Source of the DNA: a virus | Virus record (IMG/VR): IMGVR_UViG_3300045125_000031 | Span: 37,242-101,241 of that record | DNA length: 64,000 bases | Reading direction: 5' to 3' (one strand) | In this document: positions 25,563 through 37,472 of the stretch, one piece after another | Position numbering within the stretch: the first letter of the stretch is position 1 | Layout: every line of letters begins with the position of its first letter | The notes under the pieces: generated by a model | Databases searched by the model: none | The model's input: only the letters and a program-made list of their open reading frames with translations | What the model was told of the DNA's origin: nothing | Position numbers and translations under genes: made by a program

Positions 25563-27617
25563 TTACTTAAGATCTCCGTAAACAATCCAGGTATTTGCTG
25601 CTCTCTTCAATAGAGTTGCAGATGACCATTGTGTACGTAGAGTTAATCCTGGAGTAGCATTTACAGTTACTCCTGCGCCTGCTGCAATTGCAACTGCGCC
25701 TGTATTTGTCTGAAGAACATCTGATAGAAGTTCCTATTGGGAAATTCGAGGTCGACTGCAGGAATTGTAACGTTTACTGCTGAACCACCAGTGTGAGAAA
25801 CCTCAATAAGTGAATCTCTTTCGAGTAATGCTCGCAAGAGTACTACGCTGTTTTTCTGAATAATTGGTGTTCGTGAAGGTACACCTTCCTTTGTTTGTGT
25901 TCCGTCTCGTAAATGCAACACCGCTTGCTGCAACGGTTACTGTTCCAGTAAATGTTGGTTTTGCAAGTGGTGCTTTTGCTGCAAGAGAAGTTGTTGCAGT
26001 TGTAGCAAAGTTTGCATCGTCACCAAGTGCTGCTGCAAGTTCATCAAGAGTGTTGAGTGCTGCTGGAGCAGATGCGATTACTGCATTTATTGAGATGTTG
26101 CATCTGCAATTGCTTCTACTTTGCAGTTGCGATTGCTGTTGACTTGTGCTATTGATACTGGCTTATTTGGCATCTGATGTGTTGTCAACATTGCCAAGAC
26201 CTACCATTGACTTTGTAACACCAGATACTGTTCCAGTAAATGTTGGTGATTCAAGATCTGCCTTTGCAGCAAAGACTTGTTGAAAGTCCATCAATCTTGA
26301 CTGTGCAATTGCTGCTGAAGCATTAATATCAGCATTTACAATTGTGTCCGTTTTCAATCTTTGCAGATGTAACGGCTCCATCAACAATCTTTGATGTTGT
26401 TCACAGAGTCTCCGCAAGTTTGTCTGCGGTTACGTTGGAGTCAACAATCTTTGCAGTTGTAACTGTATTATCTGTTGGTGTTCTTGTATCTGATAAACGA
26501 GCATCGTCTGTAAGCACAAGATCTGCAGTATCTAAAATTCCATGTATGTTTGTTGTGTCTGCTCTGTATGATCTTCAATTTCTGAAGACAAGGCCAATGC
26601 TGATGTATCGTCAATTCCATGTACATTAGTTGTATATGATCCATGTGTTGAAATAGCATCAGTTACATAAGATTCTGTTGCAAGTTCACCTGTATCTAAA
26701 ATTCCGTGAACATTTTGTGTAAGTAAGTTATGAGTTCCTACTTCACCAACTGCTGCGGTTCCTGCTGCAGTATCTGCATAGTCCTTAGTTGCAAGATCAC
26801 CTATGTTAGAAATTCCGTGTATATTTTGTGTTAAATCATTGTGGCTGCTAACTAAATTATCTGCATATCCCTTTGTTGCTGCATGAAGAGGTTCTGTTGG
26901 TGTACCAGATAAGGTAAGAACACCTGTCATTGTATCCCCATCCTTTGCAACCTTTTCTCCAACAAGACCAGTTATAGTTACTGCAAAATCTTCATCATCA
27001 GCAATAGCAGCAGAAAGTTCACTTAATGTGTTTAATAATTCTGGTGCTCCTGCAATAAGTGATGAAATTCTTCCTTGTACAAATTCTTGTTGTAGCAATC
27101 TTTGTTGTATTATCAGTACCATTTTGAGTTGTTGCTACTGAGTTTGAGCCAAGATCTGCTGAGACTAATGTCTTATTCGTTAACTCTTGAGTACCTGTTA
27201 ATGTAACAACAGTATTATCAATATCAAACTGACTTGTGCCAGCGTTCCAATCAATGCCTTCACCAGCAAGTGTTGACTGATTTACTTCTGCGTTAGAAAT
27301 TGCATCTGCAAGATCATCTAAAGTTGCAAGGTTTGCTGTGTTTGCAATACCGTGAACATTTGTGGTAGCGCTTACGTGATTAGAGATACTGTGGGTCATC
27401 ACCAAGTGCTGCTGCAAGTTCTATTAAGTGTGTCCAATAACTCTGGAGCACCGCTTGCGTCTGTAAAATACTTAAGGGCAGACCATGCTGATGATCCATT
27501 ACCTATCTTAAATGCGCCTGTGTCGGTTTCAAAACCGATTTCACCTGCTGCTAAAATTGGGTTTGCGCTGGTCCACTGTGCTGCAGTACCTCTACGCTGT
27601 TGCATTCTTGTTGCCAT
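25563..27617 (-). CDS. Tail fibre-like protein with Mtd-type N-terminus, frameshifted
   Basis: MATRMQQRRGTAAQWTSANPILAAGEIGFETDTG, repeated (T/Q)NVHGI units, APELLNTL.EL.AAI motifs and C-terminus LRTQWSSATLLKRAANTWIVYGDLK. Confidence 0.75.
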
Positions 27618-27676
27618 TTATCTCTCCTTGTGGTATTTCTACCGTTTTATTTCTGTGCTTATTATAACATCAGTTT

Positions 27677-28132
27677 TTAGTTGAAATTATCTACTGCACT
27701 ACCGCCATCGTAAACCAAAGTCCACGAGTTGGTGTTATAGGATCCGCCATCTACTGGAGAACCTTGTGGATCATTAAAACTACCGCCAGTGACAAACTGA
27801 GATACTATGAAACCAGTTCCATCAATTGCGGTATCGTGAATATGCTGGGTAGATTTAATGTGTCATCAATTGATGCCATTGTCATCCATGAACCAGAATA
27901 ATAGAACATTAACTCTGATGTTAATGTATCAAACCATAAATCACCATTTTCTGGTGTAGAGGGAGCGGTAGATCCGACAACCATGCCACTAGCCAATGAA
28001 TCGACATATGCCTTAGTAGCAGCATGTGTATCTAATGTAGGTGTTCCTACTGATACCGTTCCTCCGGAACTCACCGCCACCAGTGACGATAAGTCCATTT
28101 TTAACCTTGAAGTCCTTGTTGACTGTTGCCAA
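27677..28132 (-). CDS. Minor tail/fibre-associated protein (frameshifted)
   Basis: TTG start ATVNKDFKVKNGL; HAATKAYVD and APSTPENGDLWFDT motifs. Confidence 0.6.
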
Positions 28133-28165
28133 GATTACCACTCCCTCTTTTGTTTAATTTTTTTA

Positions 28166-29791
28166 TTACTTTAAAAGTGTTCCAACAACAGCCACTGTTG
28201 AGGTTGTTGTTAAGAGTTGCTACACGAAGGCGTACATCTGAACCATTGACATCTGCTGAAACAGATCCAAGTGAACCATTTGTTCCTACCATCGCATATT
28301 CTGTGATTGCCACATTGTCAGAAGTATCAAGAGTCAAGATAAGCTTTTGAAACCTCAGTATGTGAACCTTGAGCAATCTTTACAAGGAATTCAGCAGACT
28401 TGTAATCTGCCTTAGCCCATGAGACTGCTGTGCTTGTGCTTGCAGTTGCAACTTAGAAGCCTCTGCTGCTACCTGCTTTGCAATGCTTGCAATTTCTACT
28501 GCAGGGAAGTCGGGTGACTGCCTCAAGAGCAGATACTGCACGAGCATTTGTAAGTGTAGGTTTGTTGAACCTTCTTCAAGATCATCAGTATCAGAATCTG
28601 CAACACCGTTTTCTGCGGTAATTGTAAGATTGTCTGATCCATCCTTTGTAATTATAATGTTAGTCTTTGTTGCATTAGCGAGAAGCGTTGCTGCTTCAGC
28701 CTTTGCACGAGCAGCAGTGTAATAAAGGTTTGAGCCTTCTGCAACATCGTCTGTATCAAGGTTATCAATACGAGTATTTGTTGCTGAGTCAAGACCATCT
28801 GCATAAGACTGTGCTGCTGTCTGTGCTGCTGAAGCAGATTTACCTGCTGCGTCATAGTTTACTGCAAGACCATCTGCATAATCTTCTGCTGCTGATTGAG
28901 CATTGTTTGTTGCGGTTGTAGCAAATGATTCTGCATTTGAGCTGTGCTGCATTTGCATAACCGTTGTGCTGCTGAATCTACATCAGAAATTTCTGAATCA
29001 ACATAAGTTGTGTCAGCCTTTGTTGCAACCAAGTTAGCAACATCAGTTGCATAGTTTGGATTATCAGCAATTGCTGCAGCCAACTCATTAAGTGTATCGA
29101 GAAGAGCAGGTGCAGAATCTACAAGATCTGATACCTTTTCATCTGTATATGAGTTAGCATCTGAAAGTGCTTGTGAAGCAGCACCAAGGGCATCATCATG
29201 TACTCAGCAAGATTTAGTGCTGTAATAGCATTATCTGTATAGGTGTTTGCATCTGTTTCTGCATCTGCAATTTGACCCTCAAGATCTGTTACTGCTGAAG
29301 AAAGAGCATTAGACGCTGTAAGTTCTGCTGCTGCTTGGGCTGCATTAGCCTTTGTAGTAGCATCTGCTGCTGCATCTGAAATTGCTTCTCCTTAGCGGTA
29401 GCAACTTCTGCATCTGTTGCAAAAGAACCATCTAGGGTTGTTGAAATTGTGTACATTTTGTGAACCATTGAATGATACAGAACTCTGTAACATCTCCAGT
29501 AAGTTCAATTGTACGAGAAGTTCAAGTGTAGTTGCTGTATCTGCATTACCAGTTACATCACCAGTAAGATCTGCTGTAATTATTCCTGCAGCAAAATTGC
29601 CTGAGCCATCACGCTTAACAACTGTATCTGCTGTCATTTGCTGATGTGGCTGTTCCACCAATTAAGATTGACGATATAATCTTGATCGTCTGTTTTCTTT
29701 GTAAGAATGTCATGGTTGTTGATGGTACCTGTTGTGCCTTCAACAATCAGACCATTCTTTAACTTTAAAGTCTTTTGTTGACTGTTGCCAT
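28166..29791 (-). CDS. Tail fibre-like protein with Ala-rich coiled segments (frameshifted)
   Basis: MATVNKDFKVKNGLIVEG, VKRDGSGNFAAG, TDDVAEGSNLYYT and APALLDTLNELAAAI motifs. Confidence 0.65.
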
Positions 29792-29806
29792 TTTTTATCT
29801 CCTTAT

Positions 29807-30259
29807 TTACGCCTTAAGTCCAATACGTGCATAATCGTACTGTGACTGGCGTTAATTCCAGGATACTGGAGTAACAGTTAAATTTACTGTGATCCCCACC
29901 TTAGAGACGCTAATGGTGCCAATATTCCCATCATTGTCTATCGTGCCATATTCAGCTGACATTTACATTTGTACCGTCAACCAAGATGGTCAATTCTGTT
30001 GCGTAGAATTTATTGTCTCCTGCTGATGTCTTTAGCAATTGAAACAATATATTTAACCATTCGCCATTCTGTTGCATCAAAATTATCAATTACTGTGGCA
30101 TTTTCAATACCAGTAATTGTATTTTCATTATTACCCATATGTACCTAAGTCTGTGGATTGGGCTGAGGTTGAATCAATTAAATCTTCATAGTCTTGCTGA
30201 GTAGGACGATCACCAGTTTGAAACTTGGTCTTTAGTGTTGGGATTGAGATTTTTGCCAT
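29807..30259 (-). CDS. Virion structural protein (frameshifted)
   Basis: Hand translation MAKISIPTLKTKFQTGDRPTQQDYEDLIDST...RIGLKA*; leaderless promoter. Confidence 0.6.
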
Positions 30260-30288
30260 GTGCTTATTATAACATCCTTTTATAATAT

Positions 30289-30510
30289 TTAAAGAATCCA
30301 GTTACTAAAACCAATAACCTGCAGTGGAATTGGCTGGGGATTAGATGGACCGTATCCTTCAATTTGTATAGATTTAAATCTTACCCTAAATGGTAAGTCA
30401 TGCTTAATTGTAACTGTTGGGTTAATTAATGTTATTTGTTTTACAGAGTAGTCAATTGGCTTTATATATTTGGTTTTATGTTGTATGTTTGATAGTGTTG
30501 CTCTTGCCAT
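30289..30510 (-). CDS. Hypothetical protein
   Basis: Intact 73-aa ORF coupled to the upstream gene. Confidence 0.55.
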   Translation of the reverse strand: MARATLSNIQHKTKYIKPIDYSVKQITLINPTVTIKHDLPFRVRFKSIQIEGYGPSNPQPIPLQVIGFSNWIL

Positions 30511-30916
30511 TAATCAGTTACATCTTCAAGAATCTTCATGCTACCCTGGCAAACTGTCCAAACTCTTGTAGGGTCAGATAACTGAATATCAAAGATGTCT
30601 CCTGTTTCTAAAATAAAAGATTCTGCAGAAGTTAGCCAAACAGTAAACTCTCCAACCAAATCATCTGCGTCTGCTTCTGGGTTTAACTCCATGACCAATG
30701 TTGCAGTTATCTGTAATTACACTCCAAGTCTGCTGAATTATTAGGTCTTTTAATTTTCATATTAATATCCCAATCTGGAATAATTAATGGATCGCCAGCA
30801 TCATCAACAACATAAACTTTAAAACCAGATGTGTCTCCACGAACTACAGTCCAAATAACTGTTGGTGGTTTTTCACCTATATCATATGAAGAAGCGGATC
30901 CACGAAAATTTGCCAT
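30510..30916 (-). CDS. Baseplate upper protein (BppU)-like Ig domain protein (frameshifted)
   Basis: WTVVRGDTSGF...FDIQLSD..VWTVCQG; paralogous to 41765-42163 and 40506-40877. Confidence 0.5.
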
Positions 30917-30933
30917 GTGTTGATTATATCATA

Positions 30934-31476
30934 TTAGGCTAATCCAGCCTTTAATGCTCCCCATGTGCCGTTGCCTTTTGCCTCAACAATAATTACACCA
31001 TTTGTGGCATGTGCATATCCAACAATACCTACTGCACCTGAACCTTCTGCTGGTCTTATCTTTGTCAAACCACCATCTGGTCTGCCTACGTATAGGACAT
31101 CTCCTGTAACAAAAGACGATGTATTTACATTTGCAAGAACTCCAGCAACAACAACCTTTCCAATTGCATTATTATTTAATGATGTTTTTAATAAACCTAG
31201 TACTGGCTTTACTGAACCAGATGACCATAAATCTTCTGTATAATGTTTTATTCCAGGTACGGTGTCTGAATAATTAAATATATAAACTGGAGTGCCTGCA
31301 GGTAATGTCAAACCACTAATATTTTTAACATCTATTTGTATAATTGAAACATCTATAGATTCTAGTGATTCTTTTACATCTCCCGCTAATTGTTCTAAGT
31401 CTCCGTGTACGTTTACTGGGTCTGTAGACCTTGGAAATGCTATCTGAAATTGACCTGATGTCTGATTAGTTGCCAT
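30934..31476 (-). CDS. Virion structural protein (capsid cement/fibre-like)
   Basis: Intact 180-aa ORF with GTPVY, GKVVVAGVL and GDVLYVG..GGLT motifs. Confidence 0.55.
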   Translation of the reverse strand: MATNQTSGQFQIAFPRSTDPVNVHGDLEQLAGDVKESLESIDVSIIQIDVKNISGLTLPAGTPVYIFNYSDTVPGIKHYTEDLWSSGSVKPVLGLLKTSLNNNAIGKVVVAGVLANVNTSSFVTGDVLYVGRPDGGLTKIRPAEGSGAVGIVGYAHATNGVIIVEAKGNGTWGALKAGLA

Positions 31477-31506
31477 AATATACTTATTATACCACTTTTA
31501 AGATAT

Positions 31507-31536
31507 TTGACATGGGTCTGAAATCCATGTTATACT
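31507..31536 (+). promoter_or_regulatory. Sigma-A type promoter of the lysozyme-like gene
   Basis: TTGACA-18 nt-TATACT with an extended TG, then a TGACACC/GGTGTCA hairpin and AGGAGG RBS. Confidence 0.7.
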
Positions 31537-31592
31537 AGGAAGTAACATGACACCCTTTAACAAGGTGTCATTCCGTTTCTAAGGAGGAAACT

Positions 31593-32159
31593 ATGATTAC
31601 TTTTATGAATAATAACAAGAACATCATTGGCACACTCAGCATATTGGCTATGTTTGGAGTTTATTCAAATGTGGCTAATGCTTCTGAAAACCGATTAGAC
31701 GATAGTAAAACTATCGTGCTTGAAGAGACTATTGAGGCCACGAAAGTGGCCAAAAGTGTTTCTAGGGCTAAAGAAGATCAGTTAGAAAAATACAAAAATG
31801 CTGTAAATCTATCTCGACAAAGATCTTAAAAAATCTACTTAGATTAGTAGGTTTTGAAGGTCAACAACTAAGGGAGGCTTGGGCTATTGCTAAGAAAGAA
31901 TCTGGCGGTAGACCGATGGCATTAAACCTTAGCAAAAGAACTGGAGATAGTTCTTATGGCTTATTTCAAATAAATATGATTGGCGACCTTGGTCCTGAGC
32001 GTAGAGATAAGTTTAATTTAACATTCAAACTATGAGTTATTTAATCCAGTATTAAATGCTCAAGTTGCGTTCCACATGTCTAACGGTGGAGAAAATTGGA
32101 TTGCCTGGAAGGGCATTACTCCAAGAACAAAACAATTAATGGGTGGATTCCCACAATAA
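31593..32159 (+). CDS. Signal-peptide lysozyme-like/lytic transglycosylase (frameshifted)
   Basis: N-terminal hydrophobic segment with ANA-S cleavage motif; AWAIAKKESGG, SYGLFQIN and NWIAW motifs. Confidence 0.8.
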
Positions 32160-33035
32160 AACACCAGATGGGTCCAGGGCTGCTACTTTATTCTTAAAGT
32201 GGTTATGCCTTGGATCCATTCCGTGTTTTGCAGGCATACCAATAACACTATTTATAGATAAGAGTCCAGCAGATTGACTAAATGCAGAATTTCCAACTAT
32301 TAAGACCTTTGGCAGTTAACATAAAAATAAATGAACTATATGTGTCCATATCATTTCTTATTATTATATTTGGATATGCCTTTTTGAGCAAATCAAAGTT
32401 AATGCTTGTATGCTCATATTCTCCAGACTCATTTTGATATAAGTGTGGCTGTCTCCACATACGCTCTTGGTCATGTCCCTTTGGAGTAAAAGTACTAGTG
32501 TCAGAATCAGTACAAATAATAACATCTGGGTTATCCATTTTACATTTATCTATAATTTCTGGTATTTGTAATAAAACCCTTTCATAAAATTCATCCTCGA
32601 CATACCTTGGATTTTCTGGTATAGCATTTCCTCTTCTAATGTGTATAACTATAGAATTGTGAGTTTGACCAGTAAATTTATTAAAATGTATTGCTTCTTT
32701 TAAAAATCAATATCGTCGTTTGTAGTTGCAAAACCTGGAGCGTCTGCACCTGCGCCAACATTTTTACATAAACTTTTATATGGTATATCATCAAAATTAA
32801 TATTTTGCCATGGGTTATACAAAACATTATTAAATTTATCCATTAAATCTTTATATTTTGGATCATCTTCTCCATCAATACCATCAGATTTATGAATTAA
32901 AAACCAATCGATTGGTGTATCTTTAAATATTTTTTTATGGTACTTGGCATATGACATAGCATATATTTTTTTCCATAGCATTGCACCTAATCCATCCATG
33001 GTTTTAAATTCTTTGACAATATCTGTCATAACCAT
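32136..33035 (-). CDS. Glycosyltransferase, GT11/fucosyltransferase-like (frameshifted)
   Basis: DGLGAML, IVIHIRRGN and LIVGNSAFS motifs. Confidence 0.6.
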
Positions 33036-33981
33036 CCCCTGGATGTTAATTCATTATAATACATATCCTTCCAATGGAGTTGTCTATGTATTCCAGGATG
33101 TGGTCTATTTGATCCTGGACCCCATGGCCCAGCAAACTTATGATAGTCATAAGCCATATCAAAAATATCCATATGGTTATCAAAATATTCTTTATGGCAT
33201 TCAATAGAATCCCAATTTATCATTTTATATTGTGGTAGTAACTTATCTGTTGTATCTCCATAAATGTCAAATTCAAAATTTGTAGGAAACTGTGCTCTAG
33301 TCGTATCTTGAAAATAATTTTTAAAATTATTTTTTAAAAATGCTTCATCAGAATCTGTTAATGCATTTGACCATGTACTCCAAATAAGTTTAATTCCTTG
33401 TGAGTTACAAAATGTTTCTAACATTTTTATATGATCTAAATTTTGATAATACACCCACTCATAAGGCAAAATTTCTTGATAGTTCCACGGTGCTGTAACC
33501 TTGGCTTTCTTTGGTGAATAATTAATATACCAATCTTGCATGTATTCTGCATTTGGAGAAACAAAGTAAAATCTTTCAAAGTTTGCAAAATTACAAACAA
33601 CAACTTCTGGAACATATTCGTATTTATTTATTAATCCAAAAAACTAGAAACTAATTTATTTACTGCTGCTCCACTATATGATATATTTCCTATTAGATGT
33701 TTACTATATCCTAATTCTTCTTGCAGTAAATTAGACCATCTTAGATTTTCTGGAAGTCCTTGACCTAAAGTTAAGGAACAACCTAAAGCAATTATGTTTG
33801 GCTTTTGTGCAAAGTCTATAGACCTTAGTCCATCCTCATTCCACTGATAACTATATTCTGGTCTAGGTATTTCTGCATGTGCTGCAATGATTGGATCATT
33901 AACTTTATATTTTCTGTTCTTAGTATTTTTATTATATCCAACATGTGGTATTGGACCAGGGATATATAGGTCATCAAACAT
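33026..33981 (-). CDS. SGNH-like conserved phage protein (frameshifted)
   Basis: NEDGLRS, ALGCSLTLGQG and C-terminal HPG motifs. Confidence 0.5.
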
Positions 33982-33986
33982 AAAAA

Positions 33987-34064
33987 CTAGTATATCAGAT
34001 TAGACTTTTTTATCTTTCTATACTTTTTCCACATTCTGTATCTTAGAATTAATCTTTTTATCAT
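33987..34064 (-). CDS. 25-aa basic peptide
   Basis: MIKRLILRYRMWKKYRKIKKSNLIY*; ATGA-coupled to the upstream gene and fills the gap to the next gene. Confidence 0.4.
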   Translation of the reverse strand: MIKRLILRYRMWKKYRKIKKSNLIY

Positions 34065-35095
34065 TTTAACTTAGACTCCTCCCATTCTCTCCACCACATC
34101 TTTCTACCGCCTTCTAATGGATATCCTACCCAAGAATAAGGAACTCCTGTTGCTTTTGGTGGGTTATCAAAAAAGTCCCACGTCTCTATACCTCTTTGAT
34201 TTCGTACTCTATGTATGTAGGCTGAATAAGTACTTCCAGAAGTACCAACAAAGTTTATAGAATCATGTAAAACTAGGTTACAAATTAAACCAAAAATAAC
34301 CTCATCTTGAAATGGCAACGACATAAATTCATCTCTAAAATTATTGACAACATACTCATCAAGCAATATAAATCTATGCTTGTTATCTTGTATCATTTTA
34401 TTTCCTGGTTCACAAGTAGATACAACTATTGGTAAATTATTATTTTCATATATGCTTAGCCAAGACTCAAACATATCTTGTGTTGTATTAAACATTTTAA
34501 TATGATCTGAAAGTCTTAAATGCATTCCCTGGAAAGAACCTAAAGAGTTAGATATTTTTTTTGCTAAGTCTACATATACATCTTTAAATCTTACGGACCT
34601 TAAAGCATTATCTAGTTCTTGACTTCTGTTGTAAAAAAATCTACTATACCAACCAAGTGTTTTTTTAAGATGAAGATTCTTATCTAATGGAATTCTTTGT
34701 CTTCCTTCAGCAAATAAGAATTCATTTTCAGATATTTCATTTTCCTTGCTATAATAATATCCATTAAGAGTATCATCAATTACAAACTCTTCTTGTTTAA
34801 AAAAATCAATCTTCGTATCTATAAAAGTTAAATTTTCATTAAAGTTCATTAAATCTAAAAGATGTGGAAACTGATCTGGATTTGTAAAGTCTTTTCGTTG
34901 TTCATTATGCCATCTACTTGGTGTAAATATTGGAACATTTCGAGAATTGTATAAATCATCTCCTGTATTACTTACATAGTGAACAATCAAATCTTTTTTT
35001 GTTTCGTGTGCAAGTCCTACAGCCAACTCTAAACTCATGACCTGATTTATCATTCCTGTAGGATTATATAGTTGAAAAAAAATTTTATTTGACAT
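34061..35095 (-). CDS. GDP-fucose protein O-fucosyltransferase-like glycosyltransferase
   Basis: GMINQ (GxxNQ), GMHLRLSD (HxRxxD) and FVGTSGSTYS motifs of the O-FucT/GT-B family. Confidence 0.7.
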   Translation of the reverse strand: MSNKIFFQLYNPTGMINQVMSLELAVGLAHETKKDLIVHYVSNTGDDLYNSRNVPIFTPSRWHNEQRKDFTNPDQFPHLLDLMNFNENLTFIDTKIDFFKQEEFVIDDTLNGYYYSKENEISENEFLFAEGRQRIPLDKNLHLKKTLGWYSRFFYNRSQELDNALRSVRFKDVYVDLAKKISNSLGSFQGMHLRLSDHIKMFNTTQDMFESWLSIYENNNLPIVVSTCEPGNKMIQDNKHRFILLDEYVVNNFRDEFMSLPFQDEVIFGLICNLVLHDSINFVGTSGSTYSAYIHRVRNQRGIETWDFFDNPPKATGVPYSWVGYPLEGGRKMWWREWEESKLK

Positions 35096-36051
35096 TATTA
35101 ATTTGACTGCTTATCCATTTGTATGTTTCATTCATTCCATACTCTAAATCTTCGCTTGGTCTATACCCTAAAACCTTTGTTATTAAATCATTGTGAGATG
35201 TTCTAGCATGTACGCCTAATGGTCCAGGAACATATTTTTTGTTAAGTTTTTTATTAGCAATAGTACAAACTATATCAACCAACTCATTGATAGAAACATT
35301 TCTTTCAGATCCTATGTTTATTGGCTCAAAGTAATTTTCTTCTCTATAAAAATCTATTGTAGCCTTAACCGCTTCATCTATATATAAGAATGAACGATGT
35401 TGTTCTCCGTTGCCCCATATCTCTATTTCATCTGTTGCCTTTGCTACCTTGCGACAAATTGCTGCTGGTGCCTTTTCTTTACCACCATCCCATGTGCCAT
35501 ATGGCCCATATACATTGTGATATCTTCCTATCTTATTTTTCATACCATAATTTCTATTATATGCAAGATATAAGCGCTCACTAAAAGTTTTTCCCAGCCG
35601 TACTCTGTGTCTGGTGCTGCTGGATAAACAGAATCTTCTTTTGTATTTATACTTTCTGGGTCCATCTGATTATACTCTGGATAGACACAAGCGGTAGATG
35701 AAAAAAATATAGATCTAACTCTTACTTTTTCTGCCTGTTTTAAAACATTAACATTTATTAATATTGAGTTACCCATAACTTCGGCATCATTATCGCCAGA
35801 GTTAATATATCCTGCTCCACCCATATCAGCAGCCAATTGATAGACTTCATCAAATCTTATTGGCATTACTTTTTCTACAACGTGTGGGTCTCTTAAATCT
35901 CCAATTACAAAATCATCAGCATATGTCTTCCAGTGTTCTGGATATTTGAGGTCTACACCACGAACCCAAAGCCCTCTTCTTTAAGTTTCTTAACAAGATG
36001 ACTTCCAATAAATCCTCCTGCGCCAAATACTATTGCTGTCTTTGATTCCAT
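35085..36051 (-). CDS. GDP-mannose 3,5-epimerase-like NAD-dependent epimerase (frameshifted)
   Basis: GAGGFIGSH, YQLAADMGGAGYI, SSTACVYPE, YGWEKL and GGKEKAPAAICRK motifs. Confidence 0.85.
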
Positions 36052-36595
36052 TGTTCCTCCGTTATAGTGTTACGAATTACATCTAAATACCCTGGACCTT
36101 TTTGTACCCACCAGTGATCTGGCTCAACAAAATGAAAAAATATCATTGCTACATTTCCAGAATCTGGGTTTGGAAATTTTTCTCTCCAGTGCAACTGTTC
36201 ATTTCCATAATAGGCAAGGGCTTGATTTGGATATAATGTATATGCTTTATCTTTTACAAATAAATCCCATGGCTCTGTTTGATAAACACAAAAATCTATA
36301 GTGTATGTACAAGCGTTATCATCTATATGCTTATATAGATTTGCTTGCTGTCCTTCGTAATGTGCAAAAAGAGAATATGATGGAATAAGTGTTTCACTAT
36401 CAAACTTCTTTCTAGCAATTGGTATTAATTTTTCTGCATAAGAATCTATTAGCGAATCATTGAAACAATATCTTCCAAAACCAGCAGAATAGTCTTCTGG
36501 ATTTTTTGGTTTATTTTTTAAATAACTGCTAAGTTCATTATATTCTTCTTCAGAAAAACCTTATCCATAATGACTGGATCTTTAACGTGTATCAT
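36030..36595 (-). CDS. 2OG-Fe(II) oxygenase (frameshifted)
   Basis: Hand translation: LYKHIDDNACTYT...YYGNEQLHWREKF...AMIFFHF. Confidence 0.7.
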
Positions 36596-37193
36596 CTTAA
36601 CCAACTTACTACTGCATATCTTGTTCCACTAGTTACTGGAAGTACAGAATGATTATACATATATGTTGATGGGAAAATAATTAATTCATTTTTTCTGGTT
36701 TATGACTTACATTAAACCTTGGAAACTCTATCTCTCCACCTTCATACTCATCATTCATATAAAATATTGTAGACATTCTTCTATGATGATTTGTGTGGTC
36801 ATCTATATGATTAGTGAATTTTTGACCAACACCATACTTTAAAATACCATAGTCATCGTGCCAAGTGGTTTCAAATGAAAACATTGATCTATAGTCTATT
36901 TCTCTAGGATTAAATGCTTCAAAAAATATATTAGACAAGTTTCCATAAAATGCATCACTAACAGTCATAAAATCATCAACTATATGGCCTTTATATGGTA
37001 CACCTATAATTGCTGTATCTCTAGCATTAGTATCTACTTCGATACCGTCTTTGTTTTGTACTAGAGATTTATTCCATTCTACATTTAACGATGCAGCGCC
37101 TTCTTCAATATCATTTATTAAAGTAGATATAATGTTATCGTCTAGCACATTTTTATAAGAAACAATACCTGGAGCAATTTCATTTTTAAGCAT
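36592..37193 (-). CDS. 2OG-Fe(II) oxygenase, prolyl 4-hydroxylase-like
   Basis: HID and YMNDEYEGGEIEFP; after a frameshift, FPSTYVYNHSVLPVTSGTRY. Confidence 0.85.
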
Positions 37194-37194
37194 A

Positions 37195-37434
37195 TTACCA
37201 CTTTTCTAGTGGACAGGTTGCATTTAATAATTTAGTTTTAGCAAACATAAAACATCCACACTTTTTACATTGCTTTGTCAGTTTAATTAGTTCTGGGCAA
37301 GATTGACAAATAGAATATCTTTCTTCCGCTACCTCTTTTGATGCCCATTCTGTTTCAGGGTTAACTAGATCCCATGGTCTAGTATCTCCAAGGCTTTCTT
37401 TATATTTTTGCCATACTGATTTTTCTTCTGACAT
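37195..37434 (-). CDS. Small Cys-rich protein (DUF6171-like)
   Basis: R..IC..C......QCKKCGCFM..KT.L..A.CP..KW pattern. Confidence 0.65.
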   Translation of the reverse strand: MSEEKSVWQKYKESLGDTRPWDLVNPETEWASKEVAEERYSICQSCPELIKLTKQCKKCGCFMFAKTKLLNATCPLEKW

Positions 37435-37472
37435 TTTTCCCTACTTTTGTATAGTTATTTATACATTATACA

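Noticed and set aside
25563-27617. Diversity-generating retroelement suggested by the Mtd-like N-terminus
   Set aside because: No reverse transcriptase and no TR/VR pair with adenine-specific differences were seen in this window.
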